Shown one piece after another: positions 48,295 to 57,744 of a DNA stretch of 64,000 nt (its first letter is position 1; every line of letters starts with the position of its first letter). This stretch comes from Minisyncoccota bacterium. Its GTDB lineage: Bacteria > Patescibacteriota > Minisyncoccia > Phycocordibacterales > UBA6899. Where the stretch lies: NCBI GenBank assembly GCA_035583355.1, contig DATEZQ010000011.1, forward strand, positions 19,648 through 83,647, read 5' to 3'. A program made the position numbers and the translations under genes. A model generated the notes under the pieces. That model did no database searches, was not told where the DNA came from, and was given only the letters and a program-made list of their open reading frames with translations.

Positions 48295-49386
48295 ATGCAA
48301 CGCCGAGCAATCTTTTTTATTGCGGGAGCTTTGTTATCTTGGCTGATGCAGACGAATGTCGCGTTAGCTGGTTTTGGTATTACACCTCCATATGTCCATA
48401 ATGAAACACTTCGTCCGGGAAGTGATTTCACACAGGAGATCATCGTCGTTCGCTCGGATCCAACTGAGGATCTCAATGCAGAGCTTACGGTGAATACACC
48501 TGGTTTTGAATCTTGGATCTCAAGCGATCGCGGCATGAAGTTCTTGCTGCCAAAGGGTGAGAGTCAGGTACGTCTGAAGATCGCGGTACATGTTCCTGAT
48601 AATGCAAAGTTGGGTGACTATCGTGGAAGCATTCGCATACGCACTGCAGGAACCGGAGAACCTGGGTCAGGTATCTCTCTGGTGCTTGGTGCGCAGATTG
48701 ATGTCTTGCTCAAAGTCCGCGATCAGATTTTCGACTTTGAAGTGAGGCGTGTTGAAATCTTCGATGCCGAGGAGGGTCACAAAGTCTTGTGGTTGAACTA
48801 TCCAGGTAAGGTGACCTTCGCGATGCAGCTTGAAAACACGGGTAATATTCCCGCTGCTCCATATAAGATTCGTTTTGAAATCTACGATATTACCGGAAGG
48901 CAACTCTTGGAGACTACAGAGAATACCAATAATATTAAAGAAATCCTCCCGTTTGCTTCTCAGCGCGTCGAAGCCTACCTTCCTACATTCCTTCCTACGG
49001 GGTCTTACCGTGTGAAGTACAATGTTATGAAGGAAAAGGATTCTTCTGCACAGGTGGGGGAACTGACGCTTTCGGTGTTTCCAAATGGAACCATTGCAGG
49101 GTATAAGCCATATGGCTTTGAAGGACTTTCTATTGCAGATAAATTGACCCTCATTCTTCCTGTTGTTACAGTCAGTCTTGCAATTATTGCACCAGTACTT
49201 GGACGTAAGAAGCGCCGCGCACGCCGCGCACGTGAGGAAGCTAAGGCAGGAGCTGCGCCAGTGCGGGGTGGTATGGGTGTCACCTCATCAACAGCGCGTA
49301 TGCGCTCACAGGCCCCTGCAGCACCCGCACGCCGTGTTGCAGCACCTTCCTCTGGTGGCGATGTGGTGAATCTCAAAAAACGATAA
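48295..49386 (+). CDS. Cell-surface protein, signal peptide plus C-terminal TM anchor (paralog 3 of 3)
   Basis: Signal peptide ALAGFGITP. WISSDRGMKFLLPKGESQVRLKIAVHVPDNAKLGDYRGSIRIR aligns with the W..IP...VPF...P.A.PG.Y blocks of 19425 and 20621. C-terminal TM then KKRRARRAREE. Confidence 0.55.
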   Translation: MQRRAIFFIAGALLSWLMQTNVALAGFGITPPYVHNETLRPGSDFTQEIIVVRSDPTEDLNAELTVNTPGFESWISSDRGMKFLLPKGESQVRLKIAVHVPDNAKLGDYRGSIRIRTAGTGEPGSGISLVLGAQIDVLLKVRDQIFDFEVRRVEIFDAEEGHKVLWLNYPGKVTFAMQLENTGNIPAAPYKIRFEIYDITGRQLLETTENTNNIKEILPFASQRVEAYLPTFLPTGSYRVKYNVMKEKDSSAQVGELTLSVFPNGTIAGYKPYGFEGLSIADKLTLILPVVTVSLAIIAPVLGRKKRRARRAREEAKAGAAPVRGGMGVTSSTARMRSQAPAAPARRVAAPSSGGDVVNLKKR

Positions 49387-49388
49387 TC

Positions 49389-50582
49389 ATGAACGGATGG
49401 AATACTAAAATGCGTTATGCTCCTTTCTCGGTACGTAATATGGAGCGTATCGCATTTTTAGTTGCCGGACTTGTGTTTGTGTTAATAACAAATACGCATA
49501 ACGTAGCAGCGGAAGTCGGCAGTGTAGTTGCAACATCCACGGTAGCGATTTCGATTTGTAATAATGGAATTGTCGATAGTGGTGAGACCTGTGATTTCGG
49601 GCTCGGGCTAAATGATGGAGAATATTCTTCGACCACTGCGGGTCGTCACTGTGCAACAAACTGTCGTTCTTGGGGCCCATATTGCGGTGACGGTATTCTT
49701 AAGGCATTTTATGGTGAAGAGTGTGTCCCTGATGGAAATAATTTTTGCACAGATCAGTGTAAGCAGAAGGAGCCACCCGTGTCTTCAACTACTCCTCCCG
49801 CTCCGCCTCCTACTCCGTCGGGAAACGGTGGTGGGTCCGGTGCAGTGCCTATGCGCGCACAGACACAAGTTGTGTTTGCAGGGAAGGCATACCCCAATAC
49901 TCGTGTGCAGATTCTTAAAGATGGAGTGTTGCTCGGCATCGCTCAGGCTGATGGTAATGCGGACTTTTCCTATAACGTAACGAATGCAACTCCTGGCCCA
50001 ACGACGTTTGGCTTCTGGGCTGAGGACAACAAGAAGATACGATCAATTACATACACGACGACATTTCAGGTGACTCAAAATGCAGTGACAAACGTTGGTA
50101 ATGTATTTCTCCCTCCAACGATTCGCGCACTCATCGCGAAGGTATCTCCGGGTACGAATATAATTCTTGACGGCACTACTGCTCCAAGAGCACGTGTACA
50201 ACTACTCCTAGATAAATCAAGTGCACCGGTACATACTGCAAATTCAAAAGATAATGGTGAGTGGGATGCAAGTTTGCCAACAGGGGGTATGTCTCCCGAA
50301 AACTATCATCAAATATTGCCTTTCCTTGAGCTGATTGGCGCAAGTGGTACTGTTCCGCAAAAGAGTGGCAATGGTACTTCACTCAATGTGTTTGTCGGTA
50401 ATAGTAACGTGTCAGACCGTACAGGCAATGGTGACATCAATGGTGATGGTAAGGTGAACATTCTCGATTTCTCTATGCTCTTGTTTCGTTTTGGTGGTGC
50501 CGATCCAGCGGGTGATCTCAATCATGATGGTAAAGTAAATATCGCCGATCTTTCTATTATGCTCTTTAATTGGACTGCATAA
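49389..50582 (+). CDS. Secreted protein with Myxococcus-type Cys-rich repeats and a C-terminal dockerin module
   Basis: Signal peptide. CNNGIVDSGETCDFG and CGDGILKAFYGEECVPDGNNFC fit the CGDG...GEECDDGN repeat. C-terminus GNGDINGDGKVNILDFSMLLF...GDLNHDGKVNIADLSIMLFNW is a duplicated dockerin Ca-binding segment. Confidence 0.65.
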   Translation: MNGWNTKMRYAPFSVRNMERIAFLVAGLVFVLITNTHNVAAEVGSVVATSTVAISICNNGIVDSGETCDFGLGLNDGEYSSTTAGRHCATNCRSWGPYCGDGILKAFYGEECVPDGNNFCTDQCKQKEPPVSSTTPPAPPPTPSGNGGGSGAVPMRAQTQVVFAGKAYPNTRVQILKDGVLLGIAQADGNADFSYNVTNATPGPTTFGFWAEDNKKIRSITYTTTFQVTQNAVTNVGNVFLPPTIRALIAKVSPGTNIILDGTTAPRARVQLLLDKSSAPVHTANSKDNGEWDASLPTGGMSPENYHQILPFLELIGASGTVPQKSGNGTSLNVFVGNSNVSDRTGNGDINGDGKVNILDFSMLLFRFGGADPAGDLNHDGKVNIADLSIMLFNWTA

Positions 50583-50585
50583 ACT

Positions 50586-51581
50586 ATGAAAAAAATAATC
50601 CTAACCCTACTTCTTGGTTTTCTTCCTGTGGTCGCAAGTGCAGCTACGCTGCGCTTTGACCCAGTGGTCCGTCCTTCCGCACCAGGGGATGTGTTCATTG
50701 CGACCATGCGCGTTGATGTGAATGGAGGGGAGTGTGTGAATGCCGCCACTGTTGGTGTCGCATATCCTACACATTTGCTCACACTCAATGCAGTTTCTCG
50801 AGGTGAGTCAATCTTCTCACTTTGGCTCGAGCAAAAAATTGACAAAGAAAAAGGCGAAGTACATTTTGTTGCAGGAATTCCTGGTGGGTATTGCGGTCGC
50901 GCAGTAGGTGATCCTGGACAATCAAACGTTGTTGCAAAAATTGTATTTCAATACAAGGGGCAATCCTCTGCTGATGTCGCCGCGATTACTTTTCTCCCCG
51001 AGACTGAAGTAGATCTCAATGACGGTCGCGGAACCCGTGCTGAGCTTGCAACAATACCTTTATCGGTGCAATATGCATCGGAATCTACATCACATAATGA
51101 ATGGCTCAGTGTTGTTCGTGAGGATACGTTTCCACCAGAGGAATTCATTCCTCAGATTTACAGAGATAATGAGGCTCAAAAGTCCCCATTCTATCTGATG
51201 TTTGATGCAACAGATAAGCAGAGTGGTATTGAGCATTATGAAGTGACTGAAGAGGATCCAAATAGTTTTGGATTCCGTTTGGGAAGTCGAGTAAAGGCTA
51301 AGCCAGCCCCCGTAACAAGCCCATATCTCTTGCAGGACCAGACATTAAGTAGTCGTATTGTAGTTCGCGCTTATGATCATGCAGGGAATATGCAGGAGTC
51401 TATCGTTCCACCAAAGAATTATCGTTCCCTCCTTGATTCATTTGCGCTAAATGACTACCTTATACCATTCCTACTTGTGATTGCATGTGGCGTTGCCGTG
51501 TTCATGAGTTTTTATCACTACCGAAAGAGTAGTGATGAAGCTCCTACAGATGATGAACATGACGATCCCCAGGTCCCATAG
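50586..51581 (+). CDS. Cohesin-domain protein with C-terminal TM anchor
   Basis: Signal peptide. Cohesin-like beta-sandwich pattern (ATLRFDPVVRPSAPGDVFIATMRVDV...VGVAYPTHLLTL...GEVHFVAGIPGG...VAKIVFQYKG). C-terminal TM YLIPFLLVIACGVAVFMSFYHY. Confidence 0.6.
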   Translation: MKKIILTLLLGFLPVVASAATLRFDPVVRPSAPGDVFIATMRVDVNGGECVNAATVGVAYPTHLLTLNAVSRGESIFSLWLEQKIDKEKGEVHFVAGIPGGYCGRAVGDPGQSNVVAKIVFQYKGQSSADVAAITFLPETEVDLNDGRGTRAELATIPLSVQYASESTSHNEWLSVVREDTFPPEEFIPQIYRDNEAQKSPFYLMFDATDKQSGIEHYEVTEEDPNSFGFRLGSRVKAKPAPVTSPYLLQDQTLSSRIVVRAYDHAGNMQESIVPPKNYRSLLDSFALNDYLIPFLLVIACGVAVFMSFYHYRKSSDEAPTDDEHDDPQVP

Positions 51582-51666
51582 AACCACTAATTATAGTGGT
51601 TTTTTAATTTGCAAATTGGGGGAACTATTCACACTTGTTCTGTGCATGTCGTGCTATAATATATGC

Positions 51667-53319
51667 ATGTACACACGTGCACGGAAAACTGTAATTGCAG
51701 CGCTCTTTTCGGTTGCGCTTTTTCCGTGTGTTGTCTTCGCCTCGAGTACGCTCTCGCTTTCTCCTGCTTCAGGGAGTTATCCTGTTGACGAGGTAATTCC
51801 AGTGCGTGTTTTGGTGCAGTCACCTGAGAAGCTTGCTGCGGTGGAGGCGACGCTTGAGTTTGATCCAAAATTGCTCGGCCTAGAAATTATTTCAACATCT
51901 CAGGACGTATCATGGGTAGTTACACCGAATGTTGATGGTGGTGTATTGCGCTACTCAGGGATGGTCAAGAAAGATGCACCAACTACACTAGAGCTGATGA
52001 CACTCAACGTGCATGCATTGCGCCCGGGAAAGCCAGAGCTTAGATTCACTTCAGGCGCCTCTACCGTTGCCGCTGATGGTTCTGGAGGGAATACGCTTGG
52101 GCATATCACTCAAGCAAGTTTTGATATTGCGCCAAAAGAAGGTTTTGCTCCCGGAGTAACTTCTGCAGATGGGGCAGGTGAAGTTCTTGGTGCAAGCGAT
52201 GGGTCTACTCTTACCGTGACTGCAAAGGAGATTACTGATGAATCCTTATGGTATCCACTACATGATATCACTATGTCTTGGACGTTGCCCCGTGAGGTTA
52301 AAGACGTGCGCATTGGACTTTCGCGAAAGGCAGAAGATACAGGATATAAGAGTGTTACGTCGGGTACGACAACGCGCTTCGTGACGGATCTTGAAGAAGG
52401 TGAATGGTATTTCCATCTGACACCTGAAGGTGGCGAACTTAAAGATTCTGTACACTTCCGAATTGCGATTGATCATTCTGCTCCAATACTGAGCACGACG
52501 ACTGAAGTCGTGCGCGATGACAGTCATGATCCAAATATTGCGTATAGTGTAAGTGCAAGTGACGTGGTCTCGGGAGTCGCATACTACGAGTTCACGATCG
52601 ATGCAGGCCGCGGAGAGCGCTGGACTGATGATGGGTCAGGGATATATCGTTTCCGCTCACCTGTATTCGGAGCACACGACCTTACTATTGCCGCTGTTGA
52701 TAAGGCGGGAAATCGTAGTGAGTCAAAGGTGCGTTATGAGGTAACACCACTTGATAAGCCAGTTGTGCGTGCAAAGAGTGATAAGTTCGCAGAAGCTAGT
52801 CCCGTTGTCGCAGAGCTACAGGGTCTTCCTGGAGCGAGCGCACATGTGGTTTTCGAGGGTGGTGCTGTACATCATGAAGATACAATAGCGCTTGATTCCT
52901 CTGGAAAGGGTACCTATACACTCAAGGAGAGTATTCTTCCTGGCAACTATATGCTTTCGGTTGTACAGACGCTTGAGAATGGTGCTTCATCAGATGTTCC
53001 TGTGCGTGTTGACATTGAAATCACGACTTCAGTGATTGGTTACCTGGGAAGGAATCCTGCATTATCAATCGCTCTCATTCCACTCTTGCTTATTGCGCTT
53101 GTTATTGGAGGCTGGCGCATAGGGAAGATATTCCTTGCTTATCAGCAAAAGGGCTATGGAGGAAATGTTCCGCAACTCGCTCTTCCTGCTCCGCGCGCTG
53201 ATCGAGATGTACAACGATCGAATGTGGTTCGTCCCGTGCAGACTGCTCCACTTGAGTTACGCAGAGTGGTTCGCGTGCAAGCGCCGGGTGCAGTAATTGA
53301 TTTGCGAAGGAGAGAATAA
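51667..53319 (+). CDS. Cohesin-domain protein with Ig-like middle domains and C-terminal TM anchor
   Basis: In-frame ATG at 51667 preceded by TATAAT. Signal peptide KTVIAALFSVALFPCVVFASS. Cohesin-like N-domain (LSLSPASGSYPVDEVIPVRVLVQSPEKLAAVEATLEFDPKLLGLEII). C-terminal TM LSIALIPLLLIALVIGGW. The ORF-track start at 51532 overlaps the previous gene. Confidence 0.6.
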   Translation: MYTRARKTVIAALFSVALFPCVVFASSTLSLSPASGSYPVDEVIPVRVLVQSPEKLAAVEATLEFDPKLLGLEIISTSQDVSWVVTPNVDGGVLRYSGMVKKDAPTTLELMTLNVHALRPGKPELRFTSGASTVAADGSGGNTLGHITQASFDIAPKEGFAPGVTSADGAGEVLGASDGSTLTVTAKEITDESLWYPLHDITMSWTLPREVKDVRIGLSRKAEDTGYKSVTSGTTTRFVTDLEEGEWYFHLTPEGGELKDSVHFRIAIDHSAPILSTTTEVVRDDSHDPNIAYSVSASDVVSGVAYYEFTIDAGRGERWTDDGSGIYRFRSPVFGAHDLTIAAVDKAGNRSESKVRYEVTPLDKPVVRAKSDKFAEASPVVAELQGLPGASAHVVFEGGAVHHEDTIALDSSGKGTYTLKESILPGNYMLSVVQTLENGASSDVPVRVDIEITTSVIGYLGRNPALSIALIPLLLIALVIGGWRIGKIFLAYQQKGYGGNVPQLALPAPRADRDVQRSNVVRPVQTAPLELRRVVRVQAPGAVIDLRRRE

Positions 53320-53347
53320 AAACACTTCACTAATGTGAAGTGTTTTT
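53317..53347. terminator. Bidirectional rho-independent terminator
   Basis: aaaaacacttcac-taat-gtgaagtgttttt. Confidence 0.65.
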
Positions 53348-53348
53348 C

Positions 53349-54287
53349 TTAATTTTCTGATTTATGAACCTCTGCTTCAATTTCTCGCGCATCGACTACC
53401 TCTTCCTTGGGATGTGCTTTGTCGAATGCCATGTAGTTCTGATATATGACATACATATAAGCGAGCATCATTGGGGAAAGAACAATCTTTGCAATAATTG
53501 CTCCTAGGCCGGGAAGAATCGATGAGGCAACGACCGATACGCAATAGGCGAGCACTCCTCCTGAGAGAATGCGCCAGAAAGTCTTCCACCAGCGACCGTG
53601 CACAAGTGTGAGGCTCGAGAGGAGCGCAGCTTTGCCTCGTGACCCATGCACAACATAAGCAAGTGATGCAAATGAGAGATAGACCGAGAAGATCAGTCCG
53701 GGGATGAAGAATACGATAAATCCTGCCAAAGTGATAAGAGTTGTAAGTATACCAATCAGGAAGAATCCAGGAAGTCGCTCCCACGCGCGCTTAAATGCAT
53801 GACGCACGGTCATTTCTCCTTCATGCGCTACGATCGTATAGAGCGCAAGCGTTCCCCAGAGTGAAACGATGATAAGCGAGAGGAGGCCGATCGTCGAGTG
53901 AAGTATGAGAATCGGGAGGACCGAACTACTTGTGAAATCATTGAAGGTGAAACGCAGTACGAATACGTCGTAGATGATTGGAGCCACGAATAACGCAATC
54001 GTGAGCAACACTGCAAGCATCGTTGCGAATGAGCAAAGCATGTATGCCTTTGCGTTTTTCATGAAGAGATTCCAAGCCGCAGGAACGAGCTCTCCAACAG
54101 TGAGTAACTTTGTGCTCAGATCGAGCTCACTCGAAGTGGGTCTTGGCGGATTTACTTCTTCTTCGAATGATTTCGCAATCAAGTCTTCGCGCCAGTGCTT
54201 CTCGCGCAATGCTATTTTTATGTTCTCATCAGACACACCGCTGAGTCGCTGGGTGGTAACAAAGTTTTTGAGTTGATCAAATGACAT
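53349..54287 (-). CDS. Polytopic membrane protein, unknown function
   Basis: 312 aa. Cytoplasmic N-terminal ~60 aa then at least 6 TM helices. No family recognised. Confidence 0.45.
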   Translation of the reverse strand: MSFDQLKNFVTTQRLSGVSDENIKIALREKHWREDLIAKSFEEEVNPPRPTSSELDLSTKLLTVGELVPAAWNLFMKNAKAYMLCSFATMLAVLLTIALFVAPIIYDVFVLRFTFNDFTSSSVLPILILHSTIGLLSLIIVSLWGTLALYTIVAHEGEMTVRHAFKRAWERLPGFFLIGILTTLITLAGFIVFFIPGLIFSVYLSFASLAYVVHGSRGKAALLSSLTLVHGRWWKTFWRILSGGVLAYCVSVVASSILPGLGAIIAKIVLSPMMLAYMYVIYQNYMAFDKAHPKEEVVDAREIEAEVHKSEN

Positions 54288-54322
54288 ATGATTATGAAGA
54301 TGAATTGATAAGTGGTCAGAGT

Positions 54323-55003
54323 TTACTTAAGCTGATCATAGTAATCGAGAATCATGGAAACGTCTTTGAAATCGATGTTTTTGTCACCATTGATATCATA
54401 GATCGTATTATACCGCTTGCCCATTGCCATGACGACTTGTGCGACATCGCGGGCAGTGACATGACGATCATTATCTATGTCAGGGCTCGCGAAACCTTTT
54501 TGTCTTGGGAAGATGCGTATTCCGCCAGTGATTTCAAGTACGTTATCTCCTCTACCGTTATTCGCGAGGAGTGTTGCGTCGTCGATGGTGAGTTGGATGG
54601 GGATAGCTTTGTTCGCGTAGAAAATCGCTCGCAAAATATTTCCTTCTTGTTTGCCGCTTACCAATGAGGGTTTAATGATGCCTCCACTCCATGTGATCGC
54701 ACCATTACTATTACTCCATTCGGGAGTAGCTCCCCAAAGGTCAATTACACTCCTCGATGTATCAATACGATCGACGGTGAGGTATTGCGCGGGGAAGTGG
54801 ATGGTTCCATCAGTTGCATTGACTGCAACATTACTCCGTAAGTTTAATTCGATGGAGAAAGGACTTCCGATCTCAGGGAAATAGGAGACCGGTTTCAGGA
54901 AAAGTACGTTGCCGGGCGGAACCTCTCCTCGCGAGATAAGCAAAAAAAGTATCGGTACCGATAGGATAGCCTTTCTATGATGCTTTTTTATGACGCTAAA
55001 CAT
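54323..55003 (-). CDS. Small secreted protein carrying both a cohesin-like domain and a dockerin module
   Basis: Signal peptide. Cohesin-like region (GNVLFLKPVSYFPEIGSPFSIELNL...DGTIHFPAQYLTV). C-terminal dockerin repeats DIDNDRHVTARDVAQVV and YDINGDKNIDFKDVSMILDYY. Confidence 0.6.
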   Translation of the reverse strand: MFSVIKKHHRKAILSVPILFLLISRGEVPPGNVLFLKPVSYFPEIGSPFSIELNLRSNVAVNATDGTIHFPAQYLTVDRIDTSRSVIDLWGATPEWSNSNGAITWSGGIIKPSLVSGKQEGNILRAIFYANKAIPIQLTIDDATLLANNGRGDNVLEITGGIRIFPRQKGFASPDIDNDRHVTARDVAQVVMAMGKRYNTIYDINGDKNIDFKDVSMILDYYDQLK

Positions 55004-55026
55004 TATTGCTATGAAGTCAGGTGATA

Positions 55027-55410
55027 CTACTTCTTGAGGTGAGTTTTGATGCGCGCGATAATATCCTCGAGGCCCCAGTCACTCTTGATTAAAAATTCGG
55101 TTGCTCCGAATCCTGCGATAGTGGCGATAGTGGTTGCATCCGCAGAGTTGGTAACTGCCATTACGAAAACGTTCTTACCCCATTCGTCTGCTTGGCGCAT
55201 TTTGCCGAGCATTGTGATGCCATCCATGCGCGGCATGAATATATCGAGTAGGATGAGTGCGGGGTGATGGAGTTGTGCGAGGCTCAACCCCTTTTCTCCA
55301 TCCTCTGCAGCAAGTACATCAAAACCTTCTTCTGTAAGCCGGTCGGTGAGTACTTGGCGTAACGCATGATCGTCTTCAACGACGAGTATTTTTGGTTTTC
55401 GTGTTTCCAT
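55027..55410 (-). CDS. Single-domain response regulator (CheY-like receiver)
   Basis: 127 aa. Acidic pocket VVEDD. Phospho-acceptor in LILLDIFMPRMDG. Conserved T and K positions. Confidence 0.75.
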   Translation of the reverse strand: METRKPKILVVEDDHALRQVLTDRLTEEGFDVLAAEDGEKGLSLAQLHHPALILLDIFMPRMDGITMLGKMRQADEWGKNVFVMAVTNSADATTIATIAGFGATEFLIKSDWGLEDIIARIKTHLKK

Positions 55411-55419
55411 GTTGGTAAG

Positions 55420-55797
55420 TTATTTTTTGAGGGATCCTTTGATCTTTTCAGCCACTGCATCGATCGGTGTCTCTGCTTTGTTGATATAGTCAGTGGCCCC
55501 GATTGTTCTCAGTTGGGTGATAAGTTCAGGGTCTCGTTGATTTGAGAGTACATAGCAGGGTACTCGTGCTCCCCAAGGACCACTTTCGCGGAGTCTTTTA
55601 ATAAAAGTCGTGCCGTCCATTGGGTACATGACAATGTCAGTAGTAATTACATCGGGCTTTTCTTTTTGTGCGATGAGGAGCGCTTCCTCTCCTGTTCCTG
55701 CTTCAAAAACGGTGAATCCAATCAAGGAGAATTTCTGTGCAAGCATACCGCGAATCGGACCTTCGTCCTCAAGAATGAGTATTTTAGGAGACTCCAT
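55420..55797 (-). CDS. Single-domain response regulator (CheY-like receiver)
   Basis: 125 aa. ILILEDE. Phospho-acceptor VITTDIVMYPMDG. Confidence 0.75.
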   Translation of the reverse strand: MESPKILILEDEGPIRGMLAQKFSLIGFTVFEAGTGEEALLIAQKEKPDVITTDIVMYPMDGTTFIKRLRESGPWGARVPCYVLSNQRDPELITQLRTIGATDYINKAETPIDAVAEKIKGSLKK

Positions 55798-55895
55798 AAT
55801 TGCTTATATTATAGCACATTTTGCTGAATGGTGGCTTTGTGGATGTCTTTGGGCTTTACTCTATTTATGCTATGCTATGCAAATACAAGCATAAA

Positions 55896-56318
55896 ATGCA
55901 TACGGATATGAAAGAACAAAAATGGATTATAGGTATTGTTGTCGGACTGCTTGCTGCAGCTGGAATATTTTTCTCACTCTCACGTAGCGTGACTCCTCCT
56001 ACAGAGGCACAGCTTGCTGCCACCGCAGAGGATGCAGCTTTTGGTCAATTTCTTAAGGAGAGCGGTGTTATTTTCTATGGCGCATTTTGGTGCCCACACT
56101 GCCAGCGCATGAAGAAGGACCTGGGTGAGGCAATTTGGAAGCCTATCTATGTCGAATGTTCTACACCAGATGGCAAGGATGAAACGCAGCAGTGTAAGGA
56201 TGCAAAGATCGACTCATTTCCGACGGTTGTTTTTAAGGATGGCACTCGTCAGTCAGGGGAGATGACTCGCGAAGAGTTGGTAAAGCGTTCGGGCTATATA
56301 GCTCCCGCGGTGAAATAA
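55896..56318 (+). CDS. Membrane-anchored thioredoxin-like protein (VKOR partner)
   Basis: TM IIGIVVGLLAAAGIFF then a Trx fold with a WCPHC active site (VIFYGAFWCPHCQRMK). Immediately upstream of the VKOR gene. Confidence 0.65.
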   Translation: MHTDMKEQKWIIGIVVGLLAAAGIFFSLSRSVTPPTEAQLAATAEDAAFGQFLKESGVIFYGAFWCPHCQRMKKDLGEAIWKPIYVECSTPDGKDETQQCKDAKIDSFPTVVFKDGTRQSGEMTREELVKRSGYIAPAVK

Positions 56319-56320
56319 TT

Positions 56321-56884
56321 ATGGATTGGGGCAATTTCATGACGGTTGCATTTGCGATCGCCACCTTGTTTGGCAATATCTTCATCGTGGCAGTCGTGGT
56401 GCTTTTTGTGGTACGCCGTCCAATGCTCCCGAGGGTCACAGCATTTTTGGTAGAGAATGCACTCCTCTTTGCATTCGGACTTGCTGCAGCGTCTATGGTC
56501 GGGAGTCTTGTGTATTCAGAAGTCGTTGGGTATCCCGCATGTATTCTTTGTTGGATCCAGCGAGGGTTTATGTACCCACTCGTTCCTATCCTCGCTCTCG
56601 GGATGTGGGCAAGGAAGCGTATATTCATATGGATGACGCTTGCATTATCTGTCCTAGGGGGTTCGGTTGCACTCTATCAATGGATAAAGGATATGATTGC
56701 GCTGTATGCTCCGAATTTCGTAAAGCTCGGATGTCCATACGTTGCAGGATTGCCGTCATGCGACCGCATCTATACTCTTGAGTTTGGTTATGTCACAATT
56801 GCGATGCTTTCTTTGAATGCATTTCTTCTCATCGTTATCGCTTGTGTGGTATCGCTCAAGAAGAAGTCTGAGGGTGTAGTATAA
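56321..56884 (+). CDS. Vitamin K epoxide reductase (VKOR) family protein
   Basis: Multi-TM. Active-site CxxC in a TM helix (YPACILCWIQRGF). Second Cys pair region (LGCPYVAGLPSCD). Confidence 0.7.
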   Translation: MDWGNFMTVAFAIATLFGNIFIVAVVVLFVVRRPMLPRVTAFLVENALLFAFGLAAASMVGSLVYSEVVGYPACILCWIQRGFMYPLVPILALGMWARKRIFIWMTLALSVLGGSVALYQWIKDMIALYAPNFVKLGCPYVAGLPSCDRIYTLEFGYVTIAMLSLNAFLLIVIACVVSLKKKSEGVV

Positions 56885-56909
56885 AAACAGGCCTATGCCT
56901 GTTTTTTTG
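56884..56909 (+). terminator. Rho-independent terminator
   Basis: aaaaacaggc-ctat-gcctgttttttt. Confidence 0.7.
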
Positions 56910-56940
56910 TTTTTATGTGAGTTTTTGCTATACTGCACCC

Positions 56941-57717
56941 ATGAACAATATAACTGAAAAGATCGTCTTACCGCCGGTGGGGAGGGTCTGGTTCGGAGAT
57001 GTTTTGGCTGAGTTTTGGGGCCCCGTCAAACCTTCTGGGAAAGTAATCATCCTTTGCGATGGTTGCCCATCAGTGCCAAGCAAGAAACGTACTGCAGAGA
57101 CGCTCGCAAAGAAAGGCTATTGGGTGTTCCATATGCGCTACCGGGGTTCATGGGAGTCAAAAGGGCAGTTCCTTAAATACCCTCCTTCTGAGGACGTACG
57201 TCTTGTTGCACGAGGGGTTAGGGAAGGTTTTATCAATATCTATGATGGCACACGCTATGTGCTCGATGTGCGAGAATGTATCGTGATTGGCGCATCATTC
57301 GGTGGGGCAGCGGCAGTGATTGCTTCTACGTATCCCGAGATTGATAAGGCTATCGCGCTCGCTCCGGTCATTGACTGGAGGGCAGAGACGAAGTCAGAGC
57401 CCTTTCATCACTTTGTGAATTTGCTTGCACATGGTTTTGGTAGTGCGTATCGTCCTGCAAAAGATGCATATAGCAAATTACAGAGCGGGATGTTTTACCA
57501 GCCACTTATTGGGGCTGAGCGCATGGATCCAGGAAAGTTATTGATTGTGCATGCACGTGATGATAAAGTGATTCCGCTTGCACCACTGCGTACTTTCGCA
57601 AAGTTGGCAAAGCTGAAACCGGTCTACCTTGATGAGGGAGGGCATTTCAGTGCAAGTAGTATCCTTGATAAGGAGATTTGGAAATACGCTAAAGCGTTCC
57701 TGGGAAAGAAAGCGTAA
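56941..57717 (+). CDS. Alpha/beta hydrolase (dienelactone hydrolase / S9-like)
   Basis: Nucleophile elbow GASFGG. HG-like oxyanion region. C-terminal H in EGGHFSAS. ATG at 56941 preceded by tgctatact. Confidence 0.55.
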   Translation: MNNITEKIVLPPVGRVWFGDVLAEFWGPVKPSGKVIILCDGCPSVPSKKRTAETLAKKGYWVFHMRYRGSWESKGQFLKYPPSEDVRLVARGVREGFINIYDGTRYVLDVRECIVIGASFGGAAAVIASTYPEIDKAIALAPVIDWRAETKSEPFHHFVNLLAHGFGSAYRPAKDAYSKLQSGMFYQPLIGAERMDPGKLLIVHARDDKVIPLAPLRTFAKLAKLKPVYLDEGGHFSASSILDKEIWKYAKAFLGKKA

Positions 57718-57744
57718 TACACGCCATTAATTCTTTACTGTAAA

